Positions 41,048 to 54,699 of a DNA stretch of 64,000 bases are shown here, piece after piece. A model generated the notes under the pieces. That model was not told the DNA's origin, did not search any database, and saw nothing but the letters and a program-made list of their open reading frames with translations. This stretch comes from the human T2T-CHM13v2.0 reference genome, Homo sapiens, in NCBI RefSeq assembly GCF_009914755.1, contig NC_060926.1, one strand, 5' to 3'. Each line of letters starts with the position of its first letter. Position 1 is the first letter of the stretch. The position numbers and the translations under genes are program-made.

Positions 41048-42527
41048 AAGCTCTTAGCTACTGGTCCCTTGGAGGTGGCAGGTAGCAAGGTATCAGATCC
41101 CATAATTAAAAGAGGCCTCCAAATCCTTTAATAGCCCATCATCATGTGAGAAAACTGACTCTTCAGGTATCTTCACTAAAGAGAAAATGACTGGTTTAAG
41201 CCTTGGGCAGAAAACATTCTGTCCTTTAACAAAGGGACAAAAGGTTGGGAACAGTGAGGAGAAAGAAAGATATTTGATTGAATGTGCCCTGCAGGTAAAT
41301 GAATGATTCTGGTGTGAGTGTAAAAATAGGGATAGGCAATTTATATTGAGACATAAATAAATACAATTAATATATAGATACAGATACATATATAAATATA
41401 GCTTTATCTAGAATAGAAATAAAGAAAGAAGTAAAATCCTAAGGTGGAGATTTAGGGCAGGTTTATTCTGAGGGTATAGTATACCATTTTCTTTGGAGAA
41501 TTTTGAGAGTAAAGAATAGTCTTAGGTGAATTACAAAACAATGAAACTGAAAAAGACTTTAAAGATTCTTGTTTGACAGACTAGTCAATGTTCACAGAGG
41601 TGGGAAATGGTCATATGCCATCATTAGTGGTCTAACCACTAATCCAGTAATCTGCCATAATAATCTGCTCAAGAAGGGGTGGAAGAGGCCACCCACAAAG
41701 TTATCCTGAGAGACTGACTATTTAAAACCAAAGTAGAGATAAAGAAATAGACAGTGACTTGGAAGTAGCTAGGGAGTCTGTGGGGAGGAAGAGGAGGAGA
41801 AATTTTTTTCGTCTAAAGCCAATTGGGGGGGGCAAAACAAAATAAAACAAACAAACAAAAGAAAAACAAAATCAAACCAGCACATACTTAAGTCCATTAG
41901 GGTCTCCCAATTTTATCAACGGTGGACAGGGCATTCCTTCCATGCCTTTCCTGGAAGAGAGGAAGGAGGTTGGAGCACTTCTGGAATGTCTAGAATGTCT
42001 TTCTCTCTGTTCTTGGTGCTAACAAGTACCTGACTTCCTCTGATCAAATAAAGTTGTGTGTGTACGCCTAGTGTGAATCTCTGTGAGCCCCTTCTTCCTG
42101 GAGTCTGTCTTAGGCCTCACATCTTGGAGACAGCCAAGTAAACATATTATAATTGTTAAAATTAGTATAAATTACAGGGTTCTGGGAAGGTCACAGCTTT
42201 GAAGGAGGGTAGTACAGTAGTTCCATGCTTTATATTCCAAGATAAAGCAGTTTATCTTTTTGTGTCTGTTCTTCATGGTTTGCCTCCCCTCTGGCTTCCT
42301 AGTGATTACAAACCCTTAGCCACACCCTCCTCACTTTCCCTTCTCTCCATGGCCAGCTTCGTAACTGACTGATCCTTGGCAGCTATCTGCTCAGCACTCT
42401 CTCCTCTGCTGTCCAAGGTCTCATAGTCATGACTCCCTTGCCACATTCTCTTTCTTCCTAGCCCTGTTGTTTCTAAATCAGTGCTCTCTTATCTGCAAAC
42501 TCAAAGAAGGTTTAATAATCTGTTTGG

Positions 42528-42818
<291 letters not shown>

Positions 42819-43704
42819 AATAATCCGTTTTGAACATTAGTGAATAATAATTATAATAGGCTATTTTCCCCCATTTGCACCCTACCTGGGAACTTGCATG
42901 CCTGCTATTTGAAGCCAAAGGACTAACTCTGTAAGGATTGAATTTTAGGCAGCCTATGATTCTGGTAAGGAAGATAATTTTAGGCAAGAGGATATTCAAG
43001 AATTCTGTAAATTATACCAGTTTTGATGATATGTACCATGTTTATTTACCTTCCCCCAAGTGTGTTAAATAAGCAATGCCTATCCCTACCTGCCCTCATA
43101 CCTAACCTCAGGGTAGGGAACTGGGGGCAGATGTGACTGGAGGACCTTTAGGAGTCCTCTCTCCACTGCATTGTGAACATATCACAACTTCTGTCTGCAC
43201 TGAGGGTTTGCCTTTGCTGTCTCTCATGTTCCCTTTCTCTTTTTTCTGTTCTCTAAAGCATACACAAGGAAGAAGGCAACCAATACTGGAGAGACTCCTC
43301 GGGAGAAAACAACCAGCAGGAGAAAGGAGTGGCCCCAGTCCATTCATTCTCTCCACTGAGGGTGACTTGTCCACGGTCACACAGGACAAGAGGGGCAGCC
43401 TGAAACCAAAGACACAGGGCCACTCTCTCCCACCACAGCCACCTCTCCTACACCGATGCACTGTGCTCTACATAATGTTCATTTTGGGGAAGCAAAAGGA
43501 GAAGCAGAAGAATGGACCCTGTCATAGAGGAGATGTGGCTTCAGGTTGACTAGGTAGGAAAGGATATTCTTTTCCTCTTGTGTCTTTTTAGAAGGTGGCT
43601 CACATGGGTTAAAATTCTTGTCAGTAGTGTCATCAGAATAAACCCTGGGCATAGGTGACATCAAGAGAAACCCAAATGGAGTGATTCCTAAGGGTAGACT
43701 CATG

Positions 43705-43930
43705 GTAATAATAATGACAATAATTCTCATTTATTAAACACTTTAGATCTATATGTATCTGTGTGTGTATACAGACACACACATACACACGTATATAATA
43801 CATATAATTTCAATCTTCATTTTACAGGTAAAGGTCCTGAAGATTAGTGATTTGCTCAAGGTCACTCCAAGAATGTTGGAGATAGTAGTTGAACCCAGTT
43901 TGTTCATTTACGAGCCTATGGCTTATGTTT
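43705..43930 (-). mobile_element. MIR
   Basis: CATTTTACAGGTAAAGG...AGTGATTTGCTCAAGGTCAC...TTGAACCCAGTTTG. Confidence 0.75.
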
Positions 43931-44764
43931 TCCGTATTCTGTCTCAGATTCTGTGATCACAGGCTAATCTCAAGACTAATGAACCGCAGCTAAAGTTATG
44001 CTAGGCCTCTGCACAGAAAGAAAGGAATAACTTCTATAGCAGACACAACACCAGGAGTTTGTGCATATCCTATTTAATCATTGCAGTGACACAGTCAGAG
44101 ACTTATTATTATTACCCCCTTTTTATAGATAGAAGAGCTGAGGTCCAAAGGGTTTCCAGGTTAATTCAGCTGCCAAGAAGAATACAAATAATGGCAATAT
44201 TTATCATGGCTTATTATGTGCTAGGCACAATGCTAACTTCTTCATATTTCTAAAGCAGTAGGAGGTCTGAGAAGTGAGCCATCTCCAGGAAGTTAAAACA
44301 TTGTTCTCCAAAGGCTCATGTGAAAATGCAAACATTTTATTTATGATTAAAGAAAGTCCTCACTAACACATCAGCAGGGATCAGTTTGCCGAAACGCTTA
44401 CCAGAGGAGAGGGCCATATGGGATGTAGATATTTGATTGAGGGAGAAGTAAACTAAGACACAATCATTCCAAGATGAAGAAGAAATAATATAAAGGTAAC
44501 TGATACCTTTGCTGATTTGAATATTTATTTAAATAAATTATGAATATTCATTTTTCAGTGTTTTTATTCTTAGAAGGCCTGTTACTGGTGGATGGAAACT
44601 ATATGGTTCCAAAAAAAGTTATGTGGCCTTGAAGTGGTTTTTCAGGGGGATGGATGATGTTTCCTTGGGGCATTAAATAGCATGATTTCTCTTTGTGGTC
44701 TCATGTCATAATGGTGTCAGTGCATTTCCAGCGATAATTAATTGAGCTTTCTGACTGGTCCTTG

Positions 44765-45470
44765 TGATATGGAAGGGAAATGCTGGGAAGGGAAGGGTGT
44801 GGTCCCTTTAAATGATAGGGAAGGGGGAAGGGAAGTGCTGGGTAGAGGAGGGAGTGGTCCCTGGCTAGGGCTCCACCCCCAGGCCTTTGCCCATGGACCT
44901 AGGTGAGGACAGGGATTTTTGCTACACAGGCGGCTGGACATCGAGAGGAATGCACCAGTGTAGGATCACACTGGCACGCAGACAGGCCATCAGGCAGCAA
45001 ACCAAGGCAGTTTGGCTGGGGCAGTTGTAGGAGAGCCGAGGCCAACAAGTGGCTCGACTCCAGGGGAAAACCATCTTCCTTCTGGCTCCCCCGACTCCTG
45101 AGAGCTACTTCCACTCAATAAAACCTTGCAGTCATTCTCCAGGCAATGTGTGATCTGATTCTTCTGGTACACCAAGGCAAGAAGCCCAGGATACAGAATG
45201 CCCTCTGTCCTTGTGATAAGGCAGGGATCTAATTGAGCTGACTAACACAAGCCACACATGGATGGCTAAACTAAAAGAGCATCCTGTAACACACGCTCAC
45301 TGAGATTTCAGCTATAAACATTCACCCCTAGACACTGCCATGGGGTCAGAGCTCCACAGCCTGCCCTTCCCTGTGCTCCCCTAGAGGTTTGAGCAGCAGG
45401 GCACTGAAGAAATGAGTCACACCCCCATCACATGCCCTGTGAGAGGGACAAGGGAACTTTTCCCATTTCA
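44765..45470 (+). mobile_element. LTR1-family (HUERS-P2-associated, ERV1) solo LTR
   Basis: TGATATGGAAGGG...GGTCCCTGGCTAGGGCTCCACCCC...CAATAAAACCTTGC...GGGAACTTTTCCCATTTCA; 706 bp; 4-bp flanks CTTG / GTTG. Confidence 0.85.
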
Positions 45471-45569
45471 GTTGCATTTGTGTAGATGAGTATTCAGTGG
45501 TGCAATAGACCCATGACATACTTGGCAAAAATGAATACACAAAACACTTCCAAATGGAATAGATGGGCA

Positions 45570-45690
45570 AGTAACTTTGGGAAGCACTGCATTTTATATT
45601 CTTCTTTCTTAGGGATTTATAATTTCCATCAGTTTACTAAAAGTTCTGAGAAATCCTATAGTGAAGAAACCAGTCTCCTAAATTTATTTG
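45570..45690. mobile_element. MER103-like hAT-Charlie fragment
   Basis: ACTTTGGGAAGCACTGC...TCTGAGAAATCCTATAGTGAAGAAACC. Confidence 0.5.
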
Positions 45691-45878
45691 CATTAGGATC
45701 ATTTGGAGTGTCCAGTGGGAGGAAAACCTCCTGGTGTATTATCAAACTCTACTATCACAGAGAATTCCAAGTCCCGTTATCTATTGATGTTGCTGCTTTT
45801 CTCCAAAGCAGCTGGTGACTTTCTACAGGATAGATCTTTACTGAAAAATCCTTAACCAAGAATCTATGCCTGCTTATC

Positions 45879-46181
<303 letters not shown>

Positions 46182-46579
46182 ACTTATCTTTGTTTTTACA
46201 GAATTCCTGCAAATCAGTGAGTAAGCTGGTTCTAGGCGTTGGATGTTATTTTGTGGGTTTTGTTTACGTGGCTTTTTCTGTATTTTTCCTACCCCTCATT
46301 TAATGTCTTCTTTAGGATTATTTATCTTCTCTCACTTATTTTTCTGCTTTTACTTTTTTGGATATAATGCAATCAAGGTCTATTAGTGAACAGGTTGATA
46401 ATTTTAACATGCATACATAATTTTAATAAGATTATAATTAATCAACATTACCTCTTTTGCCCTCAACTCAGAAAGAAACATGGATTTTATTCTAACACTC
46501 TCCTGTCTTATGTATTATTGCCATCAACAATTTCTTAGATTTACCCACACATTTTATAATTTTTAACTCCTCCTTGCTA

Positions 46580-46889
46580 TTTTTTTTTTTTTTTTTTTTT
46601 GGTTTTGTCTTTTATTTGAGATGGAGTCTCCCTCTGTCGCCCAGGCTGGAGTGCAGTGGCACAATCTTGGCTTGCTGCAACCTTTGCCTTCCAGGTTCAA
46701 GCGATTCTCCTGCCTCAGCCTCCTGAGTAGCTGGGACTACAGGAATGCGCCACTACACCCAGCTGATTTTTGTGTTTTTAGTAGGGACGGTGTTTCACCA
46801 TATTGGCGAGGCTGGTCTCAAACTCCTGACCTGGTGATCTGCCCGCCTTAGCCTCCTAAAGTGTTGGGATTATAGGACCACGCCTGGCT
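46580..46889 (-). mobile_element. AluS (Sc/Sg-like)
   Basis: Poly-T and reverse dimer, small deletion near the 5' end. Confidence 0.95.
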
Positions 46890-47134
46890 GCTTCTTATAT
46901 TTTAGCTCTTCCTTCAGTGTTTAATTTCTGTCTCAAAATATATTTTTGTAATTTACTTTGGTGAGAAGAGATAAAAACTCTTCATATTTTTCTAATAAAT
47001 TTATATTCACAGTAATTTTATCTCAATATTTTCAAATATTATTTCATTGTCTGATAGCTTCTGTGGTTGATATAGAGATACCCACTATCAGTATAATGGA
47101 AATTCCATTCCAGAAAAATCTATATGTTCTACAC

Positions 47135-48247
47135 AAAACCCTAAATTGGTCTCTAAGTTCTAATCCTCCTGTACTCACCCTTTATAATCCTCTCCCTCCA
47201 CACATGGGAGATGTGGGATAACACTCCCATGATTGGTTACTTTATTGGGCAAAGTAGAAGAGATTTTGCAAATGTAATTAAGTGTCAAGCAAGTTGACTT
47301 TAAAGTAAGCAAAAGGGGAATGATCTTGAATGAAACTCACATAATGAGGTGAAAACTGTTTTTTAAACTTTTGTGAATACATAGTAGGTGTATATATTTA
47401 TGGAGTAGAGGAGATGTTTTGACATAGGTGTGCAATGTGAAATAATCTCATTGTGGAGAATGGGGTATTCACCCCCTCAAGCATACAACCACTGTGGAAA
47501 ACAGTTTGGAAGTTCCTCAAAAAACTAAAAATTTAGCATCCATATGATCCAGCAATCACACTATTGGGTATATGCCTAAAAGAAAGGAAATCTGTATATT
47601 GAAGAGATGTACACTCCTGTGTGTTTTGAAGTCCTGTTCACAATAGCTAAGATTTAAAAGCAACCTAAGAATCTATCAACAGATTAATGGATAAAGAAAA
47701 TGTGGTACATATAAACAATGGAGTACTACTGTCTCATAAAAATTAACGAAATCCTGTCATTTGCAACAACATGGATAGAAATAGAGATCGTTATGATACG
47801 TGAAATAAGGCAGACACAGAAAGGAAAACATGTTCTCACTTATTTGTGGGATCTAAAAGTCAAAACAATTCAACTCGTAGACATAGTGAATACAGGTAAA
47901 AATTCTTAAAAGATGGACATGGACCTTTCTAAACAGAGAGGTACTCTTCTGTTGCCCTTAAACAAAAATTTATGCTGTGAACTGCCTACAATGAGGACAG
48001 GCCTGTAGAAGCTGGGGACTTTAGTCCTAACAACTGCAAGGAACTGAATTCTGCCAGGAATCTGAAAGAGGCCCTCAAGTACCAGATGGGAAAAGCACCT
48101 GGCTGACAACTTGATTGCATCCCTGTGAATTCTGACCAAAGGATGTAGTTATGACGTGCTCAGACACACCATGGAAACCATGAGATAATGAATTTGTCTA
48201 GAAGCACCAAGTTTCTAGTAGTTTGTTAGCAATAGAAAACTAATATA
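47135..48247 (+). mobile_element. MLT1E-like MaLR LTR split by an L1 insertion (47358-47893)
   Basis: GATTTTGCAAATGTAATTAAG...GTTGACTTT left part; CAACTGCAAGGAACTGAATTCTGCC...GCAATAGAAAACTAATATA right part. Confidence 0.78.
47358..47893 (-). mobile_element. L1MA (MA1-3-like) 5'-truncated insertion with inverted 5' segment
   Basis: 47358-47484 is the L1 terminus on the minus strand; 47485-47893 is ORF2 end/3' UTR on the plus strand; flanks AGGTGAAAACT / AGGTAAAAATT. Confidence 0.85.
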
Positions 48248-48248
48248 T

Positions 48249-48584
<336 letters not shown>

Positions 48585-48599
48585 CTAGTATATTACATG

Positions 48600-49480
48600 T
48601 TCTTTCTTGCAACTTTGAAAATCTTTTTTAATGTCACTCTGCAGTTTCACTATAACATGCCTATGTGTGAATCTGGTTTTATTTATTTTACTTGGAACAT
48701 AATATATTTCCCATACCTGAGGATTTTTAGTTTTCATAAAGTCTGAAAAAAATGAGGTCATTATATTCTTCTTATATTCTCTCTACCTCTTGATGTATTT
48801 TCCTAGCTTTATCATTCTGTGACTTATTCTGTGTACATTCTTTAAATTTAATCTCCAGCTTATTAAATCTATCTTTAACTGTGCTGATGCATTATTTAAA
48901 GAATCCAGGCCGGGCGCGGTGGCTCATGCCTGTAATTCCAGCACTTTGGGAGGTGGGTGGATCATGAGGTTAGGAGTTCGAGACCAGCCTGGCCAACATG
49001 GTGAAACCTCGTCTCTACTAAAAATACAAAAATTAGCTGGGCGTGGTGGCAGGCGCCTGTAATCCCAGCTACTTGGGAGGCTGAGACAGGAGAATTGCTT
49101 GAACCCAGAGGTGGACATTGCAGTGAGCCAAGATCGTCTCAAAAAAAAAAAAAAAAAAAAAAAAGGAATCCACTGATATTTTAAAATTTCAATAACTTTA
49201 GTTTTTATTTACAGAAATTGTATTAGGTTATTTTCAAAGTATGTCTTATCTCTTTAATAGTAGATTATTTTTTCCTCATATTATACTTTGTTCTTTATTA
49301 AATGGTAAACATAATTGTTTTATATTTTTATCCAATATTATAATGTCAATGATTTTTTCCAGATATAATATTACTCACAATAATTCATGGTAATTTGTTT
49401 CCTTATGAGTTATTAATTTTGTACTTTGAGCTCAATTCAAAGTGTGACCTGACTGATTGGTCTTTGCTTCTGCCCAGGTT
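48600..49480 (-). mobile_element. Old L1M (ORF1/5' region-like) degenerate fragments around the Alu
   Basis: CTGCAGTTTCACTATAACATGCCTATGTGTG...GTCATTATATTCTTC...TCCACTGATATTTTAAAATTTCAATAAC pattern; similar T-rich fragments at about 46200-47130. Confidence 0.55.
48908..49164 (+). mobile_element. AluS (Sg-like) with internal deletions
   Basis: Dimer lacking about 40 bp before the tail (AGCCAAGATCGTCTC-polyA); GAATCCA on both flanks. Confidence 0.95.
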
Positions 49481-51271
49481 GTTTGGGCCTCTTTTTATGT
49501 GAATACTCAGTGTGGCGGATTCTGAATCATGTACAAGCCCTAGTGGGTTCAGGGCTGAGTTTATAACTTCTCTGGGAAAAAAAAACACCCCTTAATTTTT
49601 TTTTTTTAATTAGAGTCTGGGTTAAGATCTTTAAGCTTCCTTTTTTCCTCTCTATGGTGACCCTGCATTTTTCATTTTGTGCATCAAGGAATCTGGCTTT
49701 CTATCAGGATCTCACTTCTATCGTCACATTCCATATGAGCCCAACATTTACCTCCTATCATTTTGATGTCATTTAAATTCACAACTCTTGGTTAATAAGA
49801 TAAGTATATGTCGTTAGGGCAGCCAGAGTCTTAGCCTACCCACTCTAGACTCAGTTCTCCTTCAGGGTCTGGTATTTTGAAATTTCCCTAGCTTTCCTAT
49901 TTCCTCAGATCTATATCTTAAAGTATGTTAGTAGTATTTCTTCAAAACATTACAATTCTCTTTAGAGAAAAGTTGTTTTATTCTTATTAACTATTTGGCT
50001 ATATTGTTGAAATCAGATTTGAGAAATGTCTTAGAGGTCATCTAGACTAATGCAGTATCCAGTGTTTGAATTCTCCTACTTCTAGTAATATCACTATTTA
50101 CGAAAAATTGATGTGTGCCAGTTTGCTAACTGCTTTCATGCGTTATTTAACATATCCTTACAAAAAATTCAATGATTTAAAAGATTATTTGTAATATATA
50201 TAGAAAAAAATGAGACTGAGAAAGATGAAATGTTCACATGCCAACAAAGCAATTGCAAAGTCTGGATGCAAATCAAGGCTTTTTCTTTTTTCCTTTCCTT
50301 CTTTGTAGCCCATTGGTTCCTACTGCATATTCCATACTACAGTTTTGGTACTAAATGCTTACTCAGCTTATTCTTAATTGCTAATAATAATGTCAAATGT
50401 ACTGCTTTATTTTATGTAATATCATTCCATGTAAATAATTAGCTTATTGTTATGTTATCAGTAGTAATTATTTTTTCTAGTGAGTCACAGTACTTCAGGC
50501 ATTGGTTTTAATCTAAACCTTTGAGTTCACACCATGTCAGCACTTCAGTATTGAATATTTAATTTTTTTTATAGTTCCTCATATAAAATTTTTTTATCCT
50601 TTCTGGTCATTCTCTAGATGAGCTCCAGTTAATCTAATATCACTCAAAAAATATTATCAAGGACTGAATATAATTTTCTAGGTATCAGATGAAGAATAAT
50701 GTGTGGATTTGACTGACATTTCTAAGATCTGAATTTCTTTAGTCACCTTGTGGTAGCACTCTTTAGAAAATTATATTTACCACTGTTTATTTTCCTTTCT
50801 TCTACACTTGGTGTGAATGGCTCTGGATTTTTTTCTCCTTTTCCACTGAAGTCAGCTTATATTTCAAAGATCACCAATAAGTACAAGTCTTACAGCCAAA
50901 GTCTTTTATCTGTGCCTTACTGAGACATTTTAATGTCTTTGGTCAATACCTGGCAAGACAAGTTTTAATGAATGTCATGATAAATATGTGATGCGAAGCT
51001 GTGAATATTCTGTCATTTACTTCTGTTGGGGTAGATCATGACCTCCTTTTGTGACAAAGCTTTGCTATGAGGTTGGCAAAGATGGAGTGGTCAAGAGTGA
51101 TTCTTGCTAATTCAGTAGGTGGGTGGGGTGATGGTTGGGCTCGGTTCAACTATATATTTGTGGGATGTTTAGTTTGAGGTAATCAACAAGTAGTCTTCTA
51201 TGTAATTCTGGAATTCAAGAGAGATATGTGGACAAGACTCAATGCTTGAAAGTTCTTAATATATTGAAGAT

Positions 51272-51750
51272 ATATTAATTCCTATTGTTGCTTTAACAAA
51301 TTACCATATACAGTAGCTTAAAACAATATGAATTTACTATCTTACAGTTCTGGAGATCAGAAGTTTGAAATCAGTTTCATTGGACTAAAGGTGTTGACAG
51401 GCCTTTTTTTTTTTTTTCCTGGAGGCTCTGGAGGAGAATCCATCTTCCTTAAATTGTCCAGCTTCAAAGGGTGCCTATATACTTTAGCTTGTGGTCCCCT
51501 TTCTCTCTTTCATGCCAGCAGCATAGCATCTACTCTTCTTTCTGGTTTCTGATTCTGTTCTTATATCTTCTCTTTTTGACCATCTTGCCTTCCATGAGGC
51601 TCTTGGGATTACAGGGGGTCCACCTAGATAATCCAGGATAATCTTCCTATGCCAAGATCTTTCACTCAATCATATCTGAAAAGTCTCTTTTGCTATGTAA
51701 GGCTATACATTAATAGGTTTGGGGCACTAGGATATGAATATCTTTGTGTT
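51272..51750 (-). mobile_element. MLT1 (B/C/D-like) MaLR LTR within L2 sequence
   Basis: AACAAATTACCA...GCTTAAAACAA...CTTACAGTTCTGGAGATCAGAAGT...CCACCTAGATAATCCAGGATAATCT...GGATATGAATATCTTTG. Confidence 0.85.
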
Positions 51751-51759
51751 GCAGGCAAC

Positions 51760-52080
51760 TGAAACTGTGAAACTATAACACTACACAAAGAGAGTGTGTA
51801 GACTAATAAAAAGAAAAGAGAAGATGATTTGGAGAACATTGACCTTTAATGAGCAATAGAAGAAAGAGTCTTTAATATAAGATCATGAAAAAAAGTGATA
51901 AGAAAAGTTGGAGGGAACTGTGATGTGGGGGTATAACCAAGACCAATGGAGAAGAGATTTTTAAGAAGGTGAAATAGTCAAGTGTGTGGAGTTTTTAAAA
52001 GATGTCAAGGAAGAGGAAGGGTGACTATTGTTTGACATATTTGGCCATTAAAAGGTTCCTGAAAGTTCATAAAGAAAAGT
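51760..52080 (-). mobile_element. L2 fragment
   Basis: GGAGAACATTGACCTTTAATGAGC...GGAGAAGAGATTTTAAGAAGG...GATGTCAAGGAAGAGGAAGG. Confidence 0.6.
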
Positions 52081-52254
52081 CTTTATATGTTCAAAACCCT
52101 GCTATACAAGGTAAAGCCATAGAGCTTGCATATTTTCAAAGAATTTCACTGAAAAAATTAAAAATTTAGAAAGTGCTGACATTTCCAGACTTAACAACTT
52201 AGCAACTTGAATGTCTGAACTCTTCAGCACCGTGGATTCCCTCAACCAGCATGT

Positions 52255-52490
52255 TATAATGGATAGACTTTGGTGTCACCAGCACTCTTGATTAAATTGT
52301 AGTTTTATTACATACTAGCTTTGTGTCTTGGGGTAAAATACTAAAGCTTTTAAATATTTACTCAGTTTTCTCTCCTATAAATTAGGATAATAATATTTAG
52401 TTTGCAAAGTAATTGTTAATACTCCAATGAGAACAATATAAAATGCCTGGCACACAGTAGCTTCAATAAATGATATTTAATATTATTACT
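52255..52490 (+). mobile_element. MIR
   Basis: TACTAGCTTTGTGTCTTGGGG...CTCAGTTTTCTCTCCTATAAATTAGGATAATAAT...ATGCCTGGCACACAGTAG. Confidence 0.8.
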
Positions 52491-54699
52491 ACCACTATGG
52501 AAGTACTTTCTTAAAAATATGTAAAGTGTCACAAATAGCAACTGTTATAATTTTAAAAGTTTTTGTAGATTTCAAATCAGGGATGGGGTCAGCAAAAGTA
52601 TGTGCATGACTAATAGGCTTTAATTCCAGCCAATACTGTGTCTTACAATTACTATGTTCTCTCTTTAGAAATAGAACATCAAATGAGAAGATATTTTTGT
52701 TTTCTCCCATCACCAATGACAGCAGTCATTTTCAGGATTTCGACTGATAAGTTTCAGAGTTGCTTTGCCTAAGGATCATGTCCCTGATCTGCACCTGTGC
52801 CCTGCCCACCCTCACCCTTTTTCTGCCCAAATAAATCAGTCTGGGATTAATCTTTGCAGCTTCATTCCTCACTGCTCCCCTCAGTGAATAAAATTTGGGC
52901 CAGAGTGGGGGAATTCCTGAATGTGCCATGTTCTTTCATGCCTCTGGGACTTTCTTTCCCCAATCAAGAACATTTGGTGCATCTGTCTGCCTTTGAGATT
53001 CCAAATGGCCTTCTTGGGTCAGCTCAAACGATCCTCCTTGATGGTTTATTTGCCCTTGGGTTTAAATTTGTGGCTTTTATGTATTAAGATCTCTCCAAAA
53101 TATTAAGATTTGTTTCCAGTCATAAACCAGCTTTTTTTTTTTTTTTCAGCAAAGCTTCCCTTTCCAAGCCTGAGAGAGATAGCTAAAGGGTAGAACTCAG
53201 AAGTGGTTCGTTTTCTGCTATTTATTATTCAGGAATGCTTGTTAAAATAGTAACCTTTCCTATTAATGAAAAGAGTTGATACAAGGGGAACAAGTGGCAA
53301 AAATTGCTCTTGTTCAGCTGTAGAAGGTAGCATCTTAGTAACCCAGAGGGTTAATTCATCAAGAGGATATTCAGAATGGTTTGTATACACAGATGCATTT
53401 TGCAAAAGGCAGAAATAGATCTGTCGTTTCCTTCTATTTTCTCCAAGACTCCAGTGGCATTTGAGGAAAGCAGGAGAAACTAATTTAATGTTTTATTTAA
53501 ATATTTCGGTATTTTTATTTGCTCAAAGCAAAATATCTCATTCAATATCTTATTCAATAAAGGCATGTCAGGCCCTAGAACTGATGATAGCCAGGTGAAA
53601 AGTTTGTCTGGATAGGTAATAAGGCTCAAAGTCCTGATTTTCCTGCTGCAGATTCAAAAGACTAATAGGAGAAAAGAACAGGGGTTAGAATCCATAATAA
53701 CATTCAGTTCTTCCCTTGTACTGACATCTCTGGGTTACAGAGCTCTTTGAAAAGGAGTTCTCACTTTACAGGGGTTTTTTGGTTTGCATCTAAAGAAGTT
53801 GAGACTAAGGGCTGGGCAAAGTCTTAGTCTTGAAGAGGCTGACTTCAGATTATGCACAAACACACACTTTAGAGTAGAGACCAGATAGGTTTGCAAGTGA
53901 AATATTCTCTGGCTTTATTCAAAAAGTAATTTTCATGAGATGCTGTGCTTACTTATACAGGAAGCAGAATCTTTTTTTGTTCAGCAAAATACTTTGGTTT
54001 GTTGGTTTCAGATGACCCAACAGAAACTTGCTTACAGGAATTAGGGGAAACAATCAGGTGATTATTCGGCTCTTATGTACATTGAGGTCAACAAAGTGTG
54101 GTCTAATAGCCTAATAACAGTTTGCTCCTGAGCATGACTATCCAAGGACAATGTTAGAGAGGCAGTATTGCATTACAGGTATAGGGTATAGGAAGGAATA
54201 GAAACAAGAGATCAAGAGTTGAAAAGATTAGAACACTTGGTGAATATCGTACAATGCAGCATGATCCTAAATTATTTGGGACATAATTAAATAACAAAGT
54301 TAAGGTGCCATACATTTATTCTTATTGTGTGCTGGTCACCCTATATACAGATAGTCTGATGGATTTAAAAGCAGAGAGACAGGTTAGAAATAGATAGGAA
54401 AGAAAGCTGAAAAAGAAGTTTCTACCAGTTTTCTGCAGAAACAAGTCTAAAATCTAGAGTGTTATCAGAATTTTACTCTAGCTACTTCTGCCAAGTAGCT
54501 AGAGCTACTTTAACTTCTTACCTTCCTGTGCTTTATTCCCCAGCCAAAATAAGATATTCATCTCTATGTTTCACACATGCTCACACCCCTCAACCCTTTG
54601 GCGTCAAATACTGCCCTCGTAGAGTCACTAAAGGTTTCTGAGTAGCGTTCAAATCTCTCTTCCAATTGACCATCCTGGTGGGAGTGGGCAAGAAGCAGC

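Noticed and set aside
43108-43549. Overlapping 117-aa and 138-aa ORFs in a GC-richer patch
   Set aside because: Fewer stops are expected at higher GC. The peptides look random and there is no CpG island or exon structure.
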